DNA of 64,000 nt, from NCBI GenBank assembly GCA_029882395.1, contig JAOUKT010000006.1, positions 21,915 to 85,914 of the forward strand. The letters run 5' to 3'. Positions 1-9,755 of this stretch are shown here, one piece after another. Origin of the DNA: Gammaproteobacteria bacterium (GTDB taxonomy: Bacteria; Pseudomonadota; Gammaproteobacteria; SZUA-229). Positions within the stretch are counted from its first letter, which is position 1; every line of letters begins with the position of its first letter. The notes under the pieces are model-generated. The model did no database searches. It worked only from the letters and a program-made list of their open reading frames with translations, and was not told where the DNA came from. The position numbers were made by a program, and so were the translations under genes.

Positions 1-719
1 TCTTCTCCGGATAAATAAAGTGTACTTTTGATATCAAAACGATAAGTTTTTACTGATTCAATCAGATTGCTATCCTGAATCGTGGCATCAAATTCTTTGT
101 TTGCCAGCTTATCCAGTATTTCATCAAAATCAAGGTGGTTTTGTAGCGACAGTATATTAATTGACGGGTTTCTGTCTTTTAGTTTTTGCGCGGTTTTCCA
201 GAACGAGCTTGATGGTTTAATGGCAATGGTTTTTTTGCTGAGCAGGGATTTTTTATTTATTGGTTTGTCAGATTGTCTCTGTATTAGCTGTTGCTTTACA
301 TGGCGAACGGGCAGAGTGAAATCAACAAATTCTTTGCGATCAGCTGTGACGGTCATATTGGCTGCGATGATGTCGCCATAGCCATCTATTAGTTTTGATA
401 TTAGCTGGTCAAAATCCGGCACATAAACTTTTTTAAGTTTTAAATTATGTTTGTCTGCAAATTCTTTTATCTGATCCAGCTCAAGATCAAGGGGGAAACC
501 TTTTCTAGGTAAGTAAATATTGTTTTCAGATCGCGGAATTAAAACACGTAATTCTTCTTTTTCGAGTATTTGATTGAAATCACCGGTATTTAATAATGCA
601 TTATCATCATTACCAGAACCTGAGCAGCCTGTTAAATTCAGCAGGGTGAATAAAGAGGTTAAAATGATCAGAAATGCATATTTACAGCTTGTTCGATATG
701 TGACTGCGGTTTTAGTCAT
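1..719 (-). CDS. mltF: Membrane-bound lytic murein transglycosylase F (MltF-like), N-terminal solute-binding-protein-like domain; 3' end runs off the window
   Basis: Minus-strand ATG at 719 (cat 717-719). Translation MTKTAVTYRTSCKYAFLIILTSLFTLLNLTGCSG... shows a lipoprotein-like signal/lipobox (LTGC) followed by an SBP family-3-like domain. The segment order (EELRVLIP / LDLELDQIKEFADKHNLKL / DGYGDIIAANMTVTADRKEF) matches the MltF N-terminal domain. No stop before position 1, so the SLT domain lies outside the window. The track missed this ORF because it is truncated. Confidence 0.65.
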   Translation of the reverse strand, partial: MTKTAVTYRTSCKYAFLIILTSLFTLLNLTGCSGSGNDDNALLNTGDFNQILEKEELRVLIPRSENNIYLPRKGFPLDLELDQIKEFADKHNLKLKKVYVPDFDQLISKLIDGYGDIIAANMTVTADRKEFVDFTLPVRHVKQQLIQRQSDKPINKKSLLSKKTIAIKPSSSFWKTAQKLKDRNPSINILSLQNHLDFDEILDKLANKEFDATIQDSNLIESVKTYRFDIKSTLYLSGE

Positions 720-2451
720 TATTTCTTCTTTTTTGTTTTGTATTGCCGCGCAAATAACGACCTAGTAGTGAGTCCGGTGAGTTTTTAAGTGACATGACAT
801 AGTTCAGTGTGTGCATGTCATGCAGGCATTGTGAAATGTGGTGTTCCGCCTGGCTTATACCACAAAACAATATTTGATCATCTGCGTGAACGGCAAAGTC
901 ATTATTTGGCAGCAGGAATTTTTGATTATTGCGAACTAGCATTAATGGCAGGCAGTAGATCATCTCTTGTCGTTGTATGGGACTTTTTAACAGGTGTTTC
1001 AGCGCAATTTTGCGACCCTTGCTGAGCGCCTCAAAGACTGCTGGCGAGCCTGTTTTAGTCAGTCTGCTGGTCCAGCAGTGAGGCTTGACTTCACTGATGG
1101 CGCCGCTTAATCTGCTAATGGTGATATTGATCCATTCATTACTCTGTTTGTAGCATTCTTCAAGGAAGTCTATCAGCAGTGGATTAGTCAGCAGGGTTCT
1201 TATCCGTCGTGCAACGATTTCGCTCGGGTGCATAATGATATCGGCAAGTGAAGCTTGAAACAGTTGTTTATTCATCATTTCGTTTTGGCGGGCTACAACA
1301 ACCAGATCGGCATTATACATTTGAGCGGTCATGATGGCTGAAAGGTTGTTTGAGTCGTTATTTGATCCGGCTATCAGTCCGACGGCATCAACCACACCGG
1401 CTTGTTTAAGGGTTGCGACATCGGTACCGGTACCTATGATAAATTGTGTATCATCTCCCGGGTTATTGCGGTAAAACTCGTCTCTTAGTTCAGCAACGGT
1501 ATCAATAATGGTAACACTGTGATGATTTTCTCTGAGGGTTTTATAAATTCTCTGACCTAAACGCCCGTAGCCACATAAAATCCAGTGACCTTCTGAGAAT
1601 GTAATAGGCCGGTCTAAAGAGGTGTCGGGTACCCCGGTCAGCCACTCATTTAATAAATGTAATGAGGAGGATTTCATGGCCATGGCAAAATTGTGGGCAA
1701 AGGTATCATAAGGATTAACAGTGTGGTCGGTATTAAATGACCTCATGTTTTCTTCAAAATCGGTATGTTCTGAACGGCAGATTACCGGTGTTTCCGGGTG
1801 TAATAGTTTGGCTGTGATTGCGATTTTCAAATTACAGCTGTCGGAATTTGTTATTGCAATAACGCCTTTGCAGAGAGGGTGTGATAAGCCGGCATATTCG
1901 AGCTGACTGGGTGTTGTTGCATCGGCTTCAAGACCTGGCACATAAAAAATATAGTCCTGAACTTCGAGTTCTTCAATAGCATGCTGGTTGTTATCAATAA
2001 CAACACAGTTGATGGCTTTTTTCACCAGCCTGTTGACCAGATCCTGGCCGGTCTCTCCGTAACCACAGATGAGATAAAACTTTTTATTAATTTGGCTTAA
2101 ACTGTGTTTAAAGTTTGAATGGATAACCGCTTTCTTGAAGAGGGGTGTCTGTATCAGAGAAACAATTTTACTGATGGCATAAAACCAGCCAAATACGCTG
2201 AAAAATATCGTGATTAATGCCCAGAGTCGCTGCGCATCAGTTAGCGGGTAAGGAATTTCACCAAAGCCAATCGTTGTTGCGGTGAAACTGACAAAATATA
2301 AGGCATGGAAAAAATCCATTCTCCAGACCTGGCCCTGGTCATCAACTCCGGGTATTAATACCATACCGAGTATCGCGATACTAAACACCGTTACAATAAC
2401 AATTAGCGGTGCCCGCATCTGCCTTAAAATGATTGATGTAACAGGGTTCAT
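712..2451 (-). CDS. Potassium channel protein with pore loop (TTIGFGE) and two tandem RCK/TrkA-N NAD-binding-like domains
   Basis: 579 aa. The N-terminus has two TM helices flanking the selectivity-filter-like motif TATTIGFGE. Two Rossmann-type RCK domains follow (LICGYGETGQDLVNRL... and ILCGYGRLGQRIYKTL...). The stop overlaps the mltF start by 8 nt. Confidence 0.8.
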   Translation of the reverse strand: MNPVTSIILRQMRAPLIVIVTVFSIAILGMVLIPGVDDQGQVWRMDFFHALYFVSFTATTIGFGEIPYPLTDAQRLWALITIFFSVFGWFYAISKIVSLIQTPLFKKAVIHSNFKHSLSQINKKFYLICGYGETGQDLVNRLVKKAINCVVIDNNQHAIEELEVQDYIFYVPGLEADATTPSQLEYAGLSHPLCKGVIAITNSDSCNLKIAITAKLLHPETPVICRSEHTDFEENMRSFNTDHTVNPYDTFAHNFAMAMKSSSLHLLNEWLTGVPDTSLDRPITFSEGHWILCGYGRLGQRIYKTLRENHHSVTIIDTVAELRDEFYRNNPGDDTQFIIGTGTDVATLKQAGVVDAVGLIAGSNNDSNNLSAIMTAQMYNADLVVVARQNEMMNKQLFQASLADIIMHPSEIVARRIRTLLTNPLLIDFLEECYKQSNEWINITISRLSGAISEVKPHCWTSRLTKTGSPAVFEALSKGRKIALKHLLKSPIQRQEMIYCLPLMLVRNNQKFLLPNNDFAVHADDQILFCGISQAEHHISQCLHDMHTLNYVMSLKNSPDSLLGRYLRGNTKQKRRNND

Positions 2452-2497
2452 GGCATTATCTTTTTTGATTGTATTGACGGTTGATAAAATTCCCTGG

Positions 2498-2881
2498 CTA
2501 ATGTCTCAGATAGGATGATTCCAGAACCAGCAAGATAACAGAGATGATGTTGGCCAGTACCGCGCCACCGCTTAATGAGACGATGGTAGCCATAGTGGCT
2601 TCGGTGACGCCGGCCGCTTGCATATGCGAGGCGACAGCCCAGACGACAGCAGCAGATATGAGCTGTACGTTTGCCACCAGGCTGGTTGCCAAAAGCATGG
2701 CGCCAAGCTGGGAGCGGTCACCAAATTTCAATATGGTTGCGATCAGGTTGATAACAATCACCGCGTAGAGCTCATAGATATTGTGGTGATCAGGATTGTG
2801 CACATCGCCGTAAAAAAAACCGAAATTCAGAGTAAGAGCCAGAATCATAAAGAAACTAAAGATCACTTTTTCCAGGTTCAT
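2498..2881 (-). CDS. Small hydrophobic membrane protein, hypothetical (about 4 TM helices)
   Basis: 127-aa ORF with an ATG start and strongly hydrophobic segments. No recognisable motif. Real-gene status rests only on ORF length and position between two confident genes. Confidence 0.4.
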   Translation of the reverse strand: MNLEKVIFSFFMILALTLNFGFFYGDVHNPDHHNIYELYAVIVINLIATILKFGDRSQLGAMLLATSLVANVQLISAAVVWAVASHMQAAGVTEATMATIVSLSGGAVLANIISVILLVLESSYLRH

Positions 2882-2946
2882 TGTATTTTTCCTTTTTTGT
2901 CACCCTGGTATGTGGCCCCTGCCAGTGATAGTAGAGGCACAAATAC

Positions 2947-4074
2947 TCAGGTCAGTAAGTTTTTCAGAATTTCTGCGTAAATGACAGAAAGTTGCTCAAG
3001 GTCAGCTATAGAAACGTTTTCATCAATTTGATGAATGCTTTTGTTCAGTGGCCCAAGCTCTATAACCTGTGCGCCAGTAGGTGCTATAAAACGACCGTCT
3101 GAAGTGCCGCCTGCTGTTGACAGCTCTGTGTCGTATCCAGTGACTGATTTTATTGCTGTCTTTGTTGCTTCAACTAGCTGGCCCTGGTCGGTTAGAAATG
3201 GATTACCGGATAAATTCCATTCTATCTCATAGTTTATTTTGTGGCGATCGAGAATGGAGGTGACACGTTGTTTGATTGACTCTTCATTGAGTTCGGTGGA
3301 AAAACGAAAATTAAATAACACTTCAATTTCGCCGGGTATTACATTGGTGGCACCGGTTCCTGAATGCAGATTCGAGATCTGAAAGGTTGTAGCAGGAAAT
3401 GATGAATTGCCTTTATCCCATTCTGTGTTGGTTAGCTCATCTAAAACCGGCATAGCGATATGAACCGGATTTTGAGCAAGATGAGGGTAGGCAACATGGC
3501 CTTGTTTACCCATTATCGTCAAAGTGGCAGAGAGCGAGCCCCGCCGGCCGTTTTTTACAACATCACCCAGTTTGCTGGTACTTGATGGTTCGCCTACAAG
3601 GCACCAGTCAATTTTTTCGCCGCTCGATGCGATGTGTTCTAAAACACGGACAGTGCCATCAGTTGCAGGGCCTTCTTCATCACTGGTAATAAGAAAAGCA
3701 ATCGAACCTTTAGGCTGACCGTAGCGGGCAATAAATGTCTCGCTTGCTGTTATCATTGCCGCCAGGCTGCCTTTCATATCGGCGGTGCCCCTGCCATATA
3801 AGTGACCTTGGTGTTCAGTGGGTTCAAAAGGCGGGAATGTCCATTTTTCAGCGGGGCCGGTAGGGACAACGTCAGTATGTCCTGCAAATGCAAATAAAGG
3901 CGCCTCAGTACCCAGACGGGCCCATAAGTTGGTGACACCGTTACTTTTTAGATGAGTAATCTCAAAGCCAATTTTTTTCAGGCGCTCTGCCATCAGTTGC
4001 TGGCAGCCGGCGTCTTCAGGTGTGACAGACTGGCGTGCAATCAAGTCTTTAGTAAGTTCCAGCGTGCTCGACAT
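2947..4074 (-). CDS. dapE: Succinyl-diaminopimelate desuccinylase (M20 peptidase family)
   Basis: 375 aa. Colinear with E. coli DapE, including the M20 metal-binding motifs ([37 protein letters not shown]). ATG at 4074. Confidence 0.93.
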   Translation of the reverse strand: MSSTLELTKDLIARQSVTPEDAGCQQLMAERLKKIGFEITHLKSNGVTNLWARLGTEAPLFAFAGHTDVVPTGPAEKWTFPPFEPTEHQGHLYGRGTADMKGSLAAMITASETFIARYGQPKGSIAFLITSDEEGPATDGTVRVLEHIASSGEKIDWCLVGEPSSTSKLGDVVKNGRRGSLSATLTIMGKQGHVAYPHLAQNPVHIAMPVLDELTNTEWDKGNSSFPATTFQISNLHSGTGATNVIPGEIEVLFNFRFSTELNEESIKQRVTSILDRHKINYEIEWNLSGNPFLTDQGQLVEATKTAIKSVTGYDTELSTAGGTSDGRFIAPTGAQVIELGPLNKSIHQIDENVSIADLEQLSVIYAEILKNLLT

Positions 4075-4147
4075 TGTATTGTGTTACCGTAATATGAAAA
4101 ATGGTCAAAATTTTAACATATTGTTTTATAAAAGTTTGGTTTTATAA

Positions 4148-5311
4148 CTATTCGGCATCTCTTTGATAAGCAGCCATAAATTCTGTCTGTAGTGATTCAA
4201 GTTCTTTGTTGAGTTTTTCGTACTCGATATCTTTGTCTTCTATTAATAACTCGAGTTCGCTGATTTTGTTACGCAACTGGTCAGGGTTCATGTCGCTTAC
4301 TCTTACGCCATCAATATCAACAGCCATGTTGTTTGCGCCGTGAATAGACTCAAGCTCTTCCATCAGTCGCTGGTTTTCCATTTCAAGAACTTCAATGCAC
4401 ATACTGGTTTCTTTTTGTGACTCGACTAGCTCTTCCAGCTGCTTTTGCAGAAGGCTATTCTCTGTCATATCAGTATTACCCTCTCTGAGAGATTTTAATA
4501 AGGCATTAATTTTTGAGCCCTGACCATATATAATGTCTTTAAGTTTGTTGACTTCAGTATTGACCTTGTGTGATTTTTTCTCAACAAAAAACGACTTTTC
4601 ACTGTCGACAAGAGTAGCTTGCCTGGCCTCATAGTTCTCGCCAAAGTCCAGGTGTTTACGCAGCTTGTTTTCAAGGTCGGATATGTTTTCATTGAGGTTG
4701 TGGTAATCGGCCTGAGCATTTTTTATTATCTCAACCTGGTCTGGTGCAAGTTTCTCATCGCTAAGCAGAGAGTCGAGCATGGCCTGCAGTGTCACATTGG
4801 ATTCAACAGACTTGTCGAGCTTTTCCTGCATTTCTCGCAGAATTTCTTCAAGGTACTCATTGGGGTCAGGAGGTGCGATATCCAAATCGACCCCATCACT
4901 TCCGCTGCCTCCGGCACGGTTTTTTGGCATAAGCTTGTTAATGTTTTCAGAAAGGTGGTGCCAAAACAGTTCTTTGTTACCGGCGCTCTCCTCAAAAGCA
5001 TTGATTTCTGCATTAAGATAGCTGGAGCGAAATTTTAGCATGCTGCGGATCTTTGTTTCCTTGGATGAGTTGTCTTTGTCCTGGTCTTCGGACAGCTCTA
5101 ATTCATTGTCATCTAATGTGGTGGTGTGTCTGTCGGTTTTGATAATTTCTTTTTTTAGCAGATCAAAAAAGAAATTTTTTGATAATGAAGCACGTAAATC
5201 ATCAAAGGCTTTCTTAAGTTTTTTATGTTTGCGCATCAAATAGACAATGATGAGCAGCAATATGGCAAAAGATTCAACAATGACAAGTCCTGTCAGCAAA
5301 GAAATATTCAT
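4148..5311 (-). CDS. Membrane-anchored long coiled-coil protein (N-terminal TM helix followed by a basic cluster, then about 350 aa predicted coiled coil), hypothetical
   Basis: 387 aa. The N-terminal hydrophobic helix (LLTGLVIVESFAILLLIIVYL) is followed by RKHKKLKK, which by the positive-inside rule places the C-terminus in the cytoplasm. The rest is heptad-rich and rich in E/K/L/Q (ENKLRKHL, LEMENQRLMEELESI, ELELLIEDKDIEYEKLNKELESLQ). It sits 6 nt downstream of the vWA gene on the same strand. Confidence 0.6.
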   Translation of the reverse strand: MNISLLTGLVIVESFAILLLIIVYLMRKHKKLKKAFDDLRASLSKNFFFDLLKKEIIKTDRHTTTLDDNELELSEDQDKDNSSKETKIRSMLKFRSSYLNAEINAFEESAGNKELFWHHLSENINKLMPKNRAGGSGSDGVDLDIAPPDPNEYLEEILREMQEKLDKSVESNVTLQAMLDSLLSDEKLAPDQVEIIKNAQADYHNLNENISDLENKLRKHLDFGENYEARQATLVDSEKSFFVEKKSHKVNTEVNKLKDIIYGQGSKINALLKSLREGNTDMTENSLLQKQLEELVESQKETSMCIEVLEMENQRLMEELESIHGANNMAVDIDGVRVSDMNPDQLRNKISELELLIEDKDIEYEKLNKELESLQTEFMAAYQRDAE

Positions 5312-5317
5312 TATTAG

Positions 5318-6811
5318 TTACTCATCATCGTCTTCGTTTTTGGCAGCTTGTTTTGATTTTTTAATTTTAATAATCAGAAATATTGCGAGTGCAATGATTA
5401 TAATAAGCACATTGACAGCCATAAATATCAGCATGGAAAAAAGAAAATCATCTTCTTCTTCAGCGGTTTCAACAGCCGGTGTTTTTTCAGCTGCTGGTTT
5501 TTTAATCGCTTCTTCAACAGCAGGTTCGGCCGGTGTTTCATTGGCTACTGGGGTAACGGCCGTCTCTTTTACTTCTGCTATACCTTTGGATGCGAATGAA
5601 AATGTCTTCTGGCGTTCAAAGGTCTGGCTTTTAAGAGTAATCGTTGCGAAATAAGTGCCTTTTTCTTTAGGAGTATGGCTGGCGAGAAACAGTCCCGACA
5701 GACTTTCTTCGTTAATAATCATTCCCATCGGTGCGGCTATTGTTTGTTCGGATGGAGTGGATAATTCAATTTTAGCTTCTATTGAATCTAATATGGCCGA
5801 TTCGGTGACTGTTTTTTCATCTTTTTCCAGCCAGGCCTGGGCCTGCAGCTTGCTGGTATTGTTTTCATCTACGAAATCGAATTTAGACTGCATTTTCATG
5901 TCAGCCACAATGTAGGCTTTATTGTTGTTGTCACTGAATAATATTTTCCATTCACCTGCCATCGGTTTCTTGATGGTGATCATGTCAAACGTGTCTGAGA
6001 TAAACCATTTTATATTTTTATCAGTAACTGACGCATCAAACCGTGTCTGGGCCGGGTCTTCTAGAAAAATTTTGCTGTCCGTTGCTGCTTTGTTAGCAAC
6101 AATGGTGATTTCCCGGATGCTTTTATCGGCTAAGAATTTGTTTTCAGATAGCGGCAGCATGTCGGGCTGTTTGCTTTCTTCAAAGATGCTGGTAAATGCA
6201 AGGTGCAGATCTTTATCGTTGGTGGCAACTTTACAAAACCCTTCCGTTCTTTCTGCTAATGTTGTTAAAAGGTCTCTGTCCGAGCCTTCTGTAAATGCAA
6301 TGGAATAGACTTTGATATTATTTGCATTTAATTTAGGTATGGTTTCTTCGAGCAGTCGCCTTGATAGATCATTTGATTTTTTGTCATTGCCGACATCCAT
6401 TTTTCCGTCAGATAGCAAGATGATGACCTGGTCATTGTCGGATTTGTTTCTGGACAGTATTTTATAGCCGCGTTCAATGGCCGCATGAATGTTTGTGTGA
6501 ATGCCTTTGGTTGATACTTTGTCGGTTGCATTCAGTGTGCGCTGCAAGTTTTTATCATTATTGAGTGTGTTTAAATAGGTGATAGGGTAACCGTTATCAC
6601 TGAAGCTCATAATGCTGACTCGATCAGCTTCGCTCAGCAATGAGATAAATAATTTTGCCGCAGGTTTTCTAAGGCTGTTGGGGTCAGTTTTTTTCATGCT
6701 GCCGGAGCTGTCAATGATGACCACTGCATCAATGGCTTTGTTCTCCGCCAGTGCATTACCGCACAGTGTAAAAAGTAAACCGCTGATTAATGTTAAAATC
6801 AGTTTATTCAT
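5318..6811 (-). CDS. Periplasmic von Willebrand factor A (vWA/MIDAS) domain protein with a C-terminal TM anchor and acidic cytoplasmic tail
   Basis: Track ORF 5318..6841 starts at a GTG; the ATG at 6811 gives a classic signal peptide MNKLILTLISGLLFTLCGNALA|ENK. The vWA domain carries the MIDAS motif DSSGSM...(T)...SDG. A beta-rich middle region is followed by a Pro/Ala/Glu-rich linker, a TM helix (LIFMAVNVLIIIIALAIFLII) and the tail KIKKSKQAAKNEDDDE. Confidence 0.75.
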   Translation of the reverse strand: MNKLILTLISGLLFTLCGNALAENKAIDAVVIIDSSGSMKKTDPNSLRKPAAKLFISLLSEADRVSIMSFSDNGYPITYLNTLNNDKNLQRTLNATDKVSTKGIHTNIHAAIERGYKILSRNKSDNDQVIILLSDGKMDVGNDKKSNDLSRRLLEETIPKLNANNIKVYSIAFTEGSDRDLLTTLAERTEGFCKVATNDKDLHLAFTSIFEESKQPDMLPLSENKFLADKSIREITIVANKAATDSKIFLEDPAQTRFDASVTDKNIKWFISDTFDMITIKKPMAGEWKILFSDNNNKAYIVADMKMQSKFDFVDENNTSKLQAQAWLEKDEKTVTESAILDSIEAKIELSTPSEQTIAAPMGMIINEESLSGLFLASHTPKEKGTYFATITLKSQTFERQKTFSFASKGIAEVKETAVTPVANETPAEPAVEEAIKKPAAEKTPAVETAEEEDDFLFSMLIFMAVNVLIIIIALAIFLIIKIKKSKQAAKNEDDDE

Positions 6812-6988
6812 CTGAAGTTGCCTTTGTTTCATTAGTTGCACTTTTAATAACGTTATTTGTTATCTGGCATTAGGTTATTGAGTTAGTAGGTTGATAATTA
6901 AAGAGTTTAGACGCAATATTGGCATAATTCAGCTATTTTGTAGCTGAATATGGTCAGAATGAGACTAAAAAGACTCTGATTGCTGCAA

Positions 6989-9685
6989 TTATGACTCATC
7001 AAGGTAAGAAATAAGGCTTTTGGTAATAGCGTCTTGTTGATCGGTTGCGGTGATGGGCTGATTATTTAAATCTGTGATATGGAATAAATCGTCTGCTTTT
7101 TCACCCATGGTTGATATTTTGGCGTTATGGACCTGAATCTTGTTATCGACAAATGCGCGGCTAATTCTGGCGAGTAATCCCGGTTTGTCAGAGGAAATGA
7201 TTTCAATGATCGAGCGGTTTTTGGCCGGTTCCTGATAGAAGCTGACTTGTGTGGGTACAGAAAAGTGTTTATTAATTCTGTGTGTGATTTGTGAGGGCTT
7301 AACCGCTGCAATGTCATTCTTAAGCAATAATGTTTCTAATTTTTCCTGGATCTCTTTAAGCCTGTCAGCGATGCTGGAGGGGTCACTTTCTTCATACAAT
7401 GCCTGAAAGATATCCAGCGTATTAACATCTTCATCGGTTGTCATAATAAAGGCGTCTACGATGTTCAGGCTCAGTTGATCAAGAGCAGAAGTGGTTCTTG
7501 CAAACTGGCCATCAATATTTTTCATGTAAATGCTGATTTCAATCGTACCCTTATCAGTCTGAGGTACTAAACTGATGACGGGCAGCTTGTTTTTATCGGC
7601 TTTTAATACCATTAAGATATGCCGTGCAATTTCATCGGGGGTATAACGCAGGAAATATTCCCCGCTGAAGTGCCGCCAGATTGCTTCAGTTTGTTCCGGT
7701 GTGCAACCTTTCTTAGCCAGTATATTCAGGCTGCTTTGCTGAGACTGGCGGATGCTTTTTTCGATAGCGACTGATGTTTGTATACCCAGGCGCAATACAA
7801 CAGATGTCTTATTATAAAGCTCTGCCAGCAAGCTGTCTTTCCAGCTATTCCAGGTGGTTGGGTTGGTGCCGCGAATGTCGGCTACCGTTAACAGGTAGAG
7901 GTAATCTAACTGTTTCTGATTGCCGACATTTTCCGCGAAGTTGTTAATCACGTCAGGATCGCTGATGTCTTTTCGTTGCGCTGTGACCGACATGACAAGG
8001 TGATTTTTAACCAGCCATGATACCAGTTCAGAATCGGATTCATGCAGGTTGTGCTGCAGACAAAACGCCCTGGCATCGACAGCGCCGAGTTCAGAATGAT
8101 CGCCGCCGCGACCTTTGGCAATGTCATGAAACAGGCCGGCGAGATAAAGCAGTTCTGGTTTTTCTATGTGATTAAAAACAGCGCTGCATAACGGGTATTC
8201 GTGCAAAAATTCAGCGGCTGAAAATCGTCTTAAGTTTCGCACCACGGAAAGAGTGTGCTCATCTACGGTGTAAGCATGGAATAAGTCATACTGCATGCGA
8301 CCGACAATTTTTTCAAACGCAGGCACATAGGCTGCCAGTATGCCGTAGCGGTTCATGCGACGAAGTTCGTGTGTGACACCTTCCGGAGCGCTAATGATAT
8401 TCATGAATATTTTTTTAGCTTTTTCTAACTGCAGAAAGTCTTTATCTATTAAATGCAGGTTTTCTCGAATCAGGCGTATGGTTTCAGCGCGCACGCCGAG
8501 TATTTCCTGATTCAGTTCCAGTAATAAAAAGATTTCCAGTAATGCCGTTGGTTCATGGATAAAAATATCCTTGTGCCGGGCGCTGATATAACCATGGATA
8601 ATTTGAAAGCGGGTGTTAATAATTTGAGGTTCTGTGCTTTGGTTTGAAAATAAAATCGCTTCTTTTAATAACTGCAAAAGCATTTCGTTTAAACGGCCAA
8701 GCTCAATTACTGTGCGGTAATAACGCTGCATAAAACTTTCGATTGCCAGGTTGTTGGGGCCATCTTCGTAACCATATTCGAGAGCAAGTTCGCGCTGAAA
8801 ATCAAACAAAAGCCGGTCTTCCCGTCTTCCTGTGAGGTAATGCAGGCTGGTCCTGATTTCCCAGAGCAATTTGGTGCCTGCTTCCAGTAGTTCAAATTCT
8901 TCGGCCGTGAGAAAACCATGATTGATCAGTTCGGACAATGAGTTAGCACCAAAGTGTCTTTTTGCGACCCATCCAATCATTTGAATGTCACGTAAACCGC
9001 CGCGGCTTTCTTTGATATTGGGCTCTAGTTTGAAAGCAGAGCTTTCAAACTTTATATGACGGGCGTGCTGTTCGTTGAGTTTGCCTTCAAAGAACAGCTT
9101 GCTGTCCCAGATATTTTTTGTTGAGGTGATTTCCAGCATTTGAGAGTACAGCGACTGGCAACCGGTGATTAACCTTGATTCGGTTATATTGGTAATAACC
9201 GTGATATCTTTAGAGGCTTCGTCGTTGCATTCATTGATGGTTCGGACGCTGTGGCCGATTTCCAGTTTGATATCCCACAGCAGCATTAAAAACTGCTCAA
9301 TCAGTTCGTTATATTGTTCGTTGTGCTCATCTGCCAACAAGATCATCAGATCGACATCAGAATGGGGGTGCAGTTCGCCTCGTCCATAACCGCCTGTGGC
9401 AATAATGGATAGTTTTTGCAGGGCCGGTCCGAATTTAAGTTCGGCGACCTGCTGAATGACTAAATCAACGAGCAGGCTTCGTCCAAAGACGACCTGATAG
9501 GCATTGTGGTGTTGCTGGAAGTGTGTTTTTAGTAGTTGCTGACCATCGGCGACTGTTTGTTTTAGTGTATTCAATGCCGATGCAGGCTGTTGTTTGATCT
9601 TCTGCTTGCAGTCGGCAACAGAGCGCAATTTTTTTTCTAATGTAGCTTCCAGCTGGTATTTGTTTTTCATTAAATACTGTGTCAT
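6989..9685 (-). CDS. glnD: Bifunctional [protein-PII] uridylyltransferase/uridylyl-removing enzyme
   Basis: 898 aa. Nucleotidyltransferase motif GGYGRGELHPHSDVDL, an HD domain (HDIAKGRGGDH) and two C-terminal ACT-like domains. The position next to map is conserved. Confidence 0.93.
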   Translation of the reverse strand: MTQYLMKNKYQLEATLEKKLRSVADCKQKIKQQPASALNTLKQTVADGQQLLKTHFQQHHNAYQVVFGRSLLVDLVIQQVAELKFGPALQKLSIIATGGYGRGELHPHSDVDLMILLADEHNEQYNELIEQFLMLLWDIKLEIGHSVRTINECNDEASKDITVITNITESRLITGCQSLYSQMLEITSTKNIWDSKLFFEGKLNEQHARHIKFESSAFKLEPNIKESRGGLRDIQMIGWVAKRHFGANSLSELINHGFLTAEEFELLEAGTKLLWEIRTSLHYLTGRREDRLLFDFQRELALEYGYEDGPNNLAIESFMQRYYRTVIELGRLNEMLLQLLKEAILFSNQSTEPQIINTRFQIIHGYISARHKDIFIHEPTALLEIFLLLELNQEILGVRAETIRLIRENLHLIDKDFLQLEKAKKIFMNIISAPEGVTHELRRMNRYGILAAYVPAFEKIVGRMQYDLFHAYTVDEHTLSVVRNLRRFSAAEFLHEYPLCSAVFNHIEKPELLYLAGLFHDIAKGRGGDHSELGAVDARAFCLQHNLHESDSELVSWLVKNHLVMSVTAQRKDISDPDVINNFAENVGNQKQLDYLYLLTVADIRGTNPTTWNSWKDSLLAELYNKTSVVLRLGIQTSVAIEKSIRQSQQSSLNILAKKGCTPEQTEAIWRHFSGEYFLRYTPDEIARHILMVLKADKNKLPVISLVPQTDKGTIEISIYMKNIDGQFARTTSALDQLSLNIVDAFIMTTDEDVNTLDIFQALYEESDPSSIADRLKEIQEKLETLLLKNDIAAVKPSQITHRINKHFSVPTQVSFYQEPAKNRSIIEIISSDKPGLLARISRAFVDNKIQVHNAKISTMGEKADDLFHITDLNNQPITATDQQDAITKSLISYLDES

Positions 9686-9755
9686 GGTTGATTATTAAGG
9701 CTTGTGGTCAGTGAGCCTGGTTTTATTGCTGCTGCTGGCAGCAGCGGCTTTATCG

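Noticed and set aside
82-765. Plus-strand ORFs 82..381 and 574..765 from the six-frame track
   Set aside because: They lie antisense to a much better supported minus-strand coding region (the MltF-like N-terminus with lipoprotein signal, ATG at 719, open to the window edge). The plus-strand translations are low-complexity with no motifs.
4148-6841. vWA protein as part of a TerY-P triad, BatA-E aerotolerance operon or MoxR-vWA pair
   Set aside because: No adjacent PP2C/STK (the window's PP2C/STK operon is 47 kb away and self-contained), no TPR Bat partners and no MoxR AAA+ ATPase. The vWA here is periplasmic with a C-terminal anchor, unlike those families.
9670-9685. Alternative glnD start at ATG 9670 (MKNKYQ...) versus 9685 (MTQYLMKNKYQ...)
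   Set aside because: Neither has a clear Shine-Dalgarno and the N-terminus is not conserved enough to decide by eye. I kept the longer ORF.
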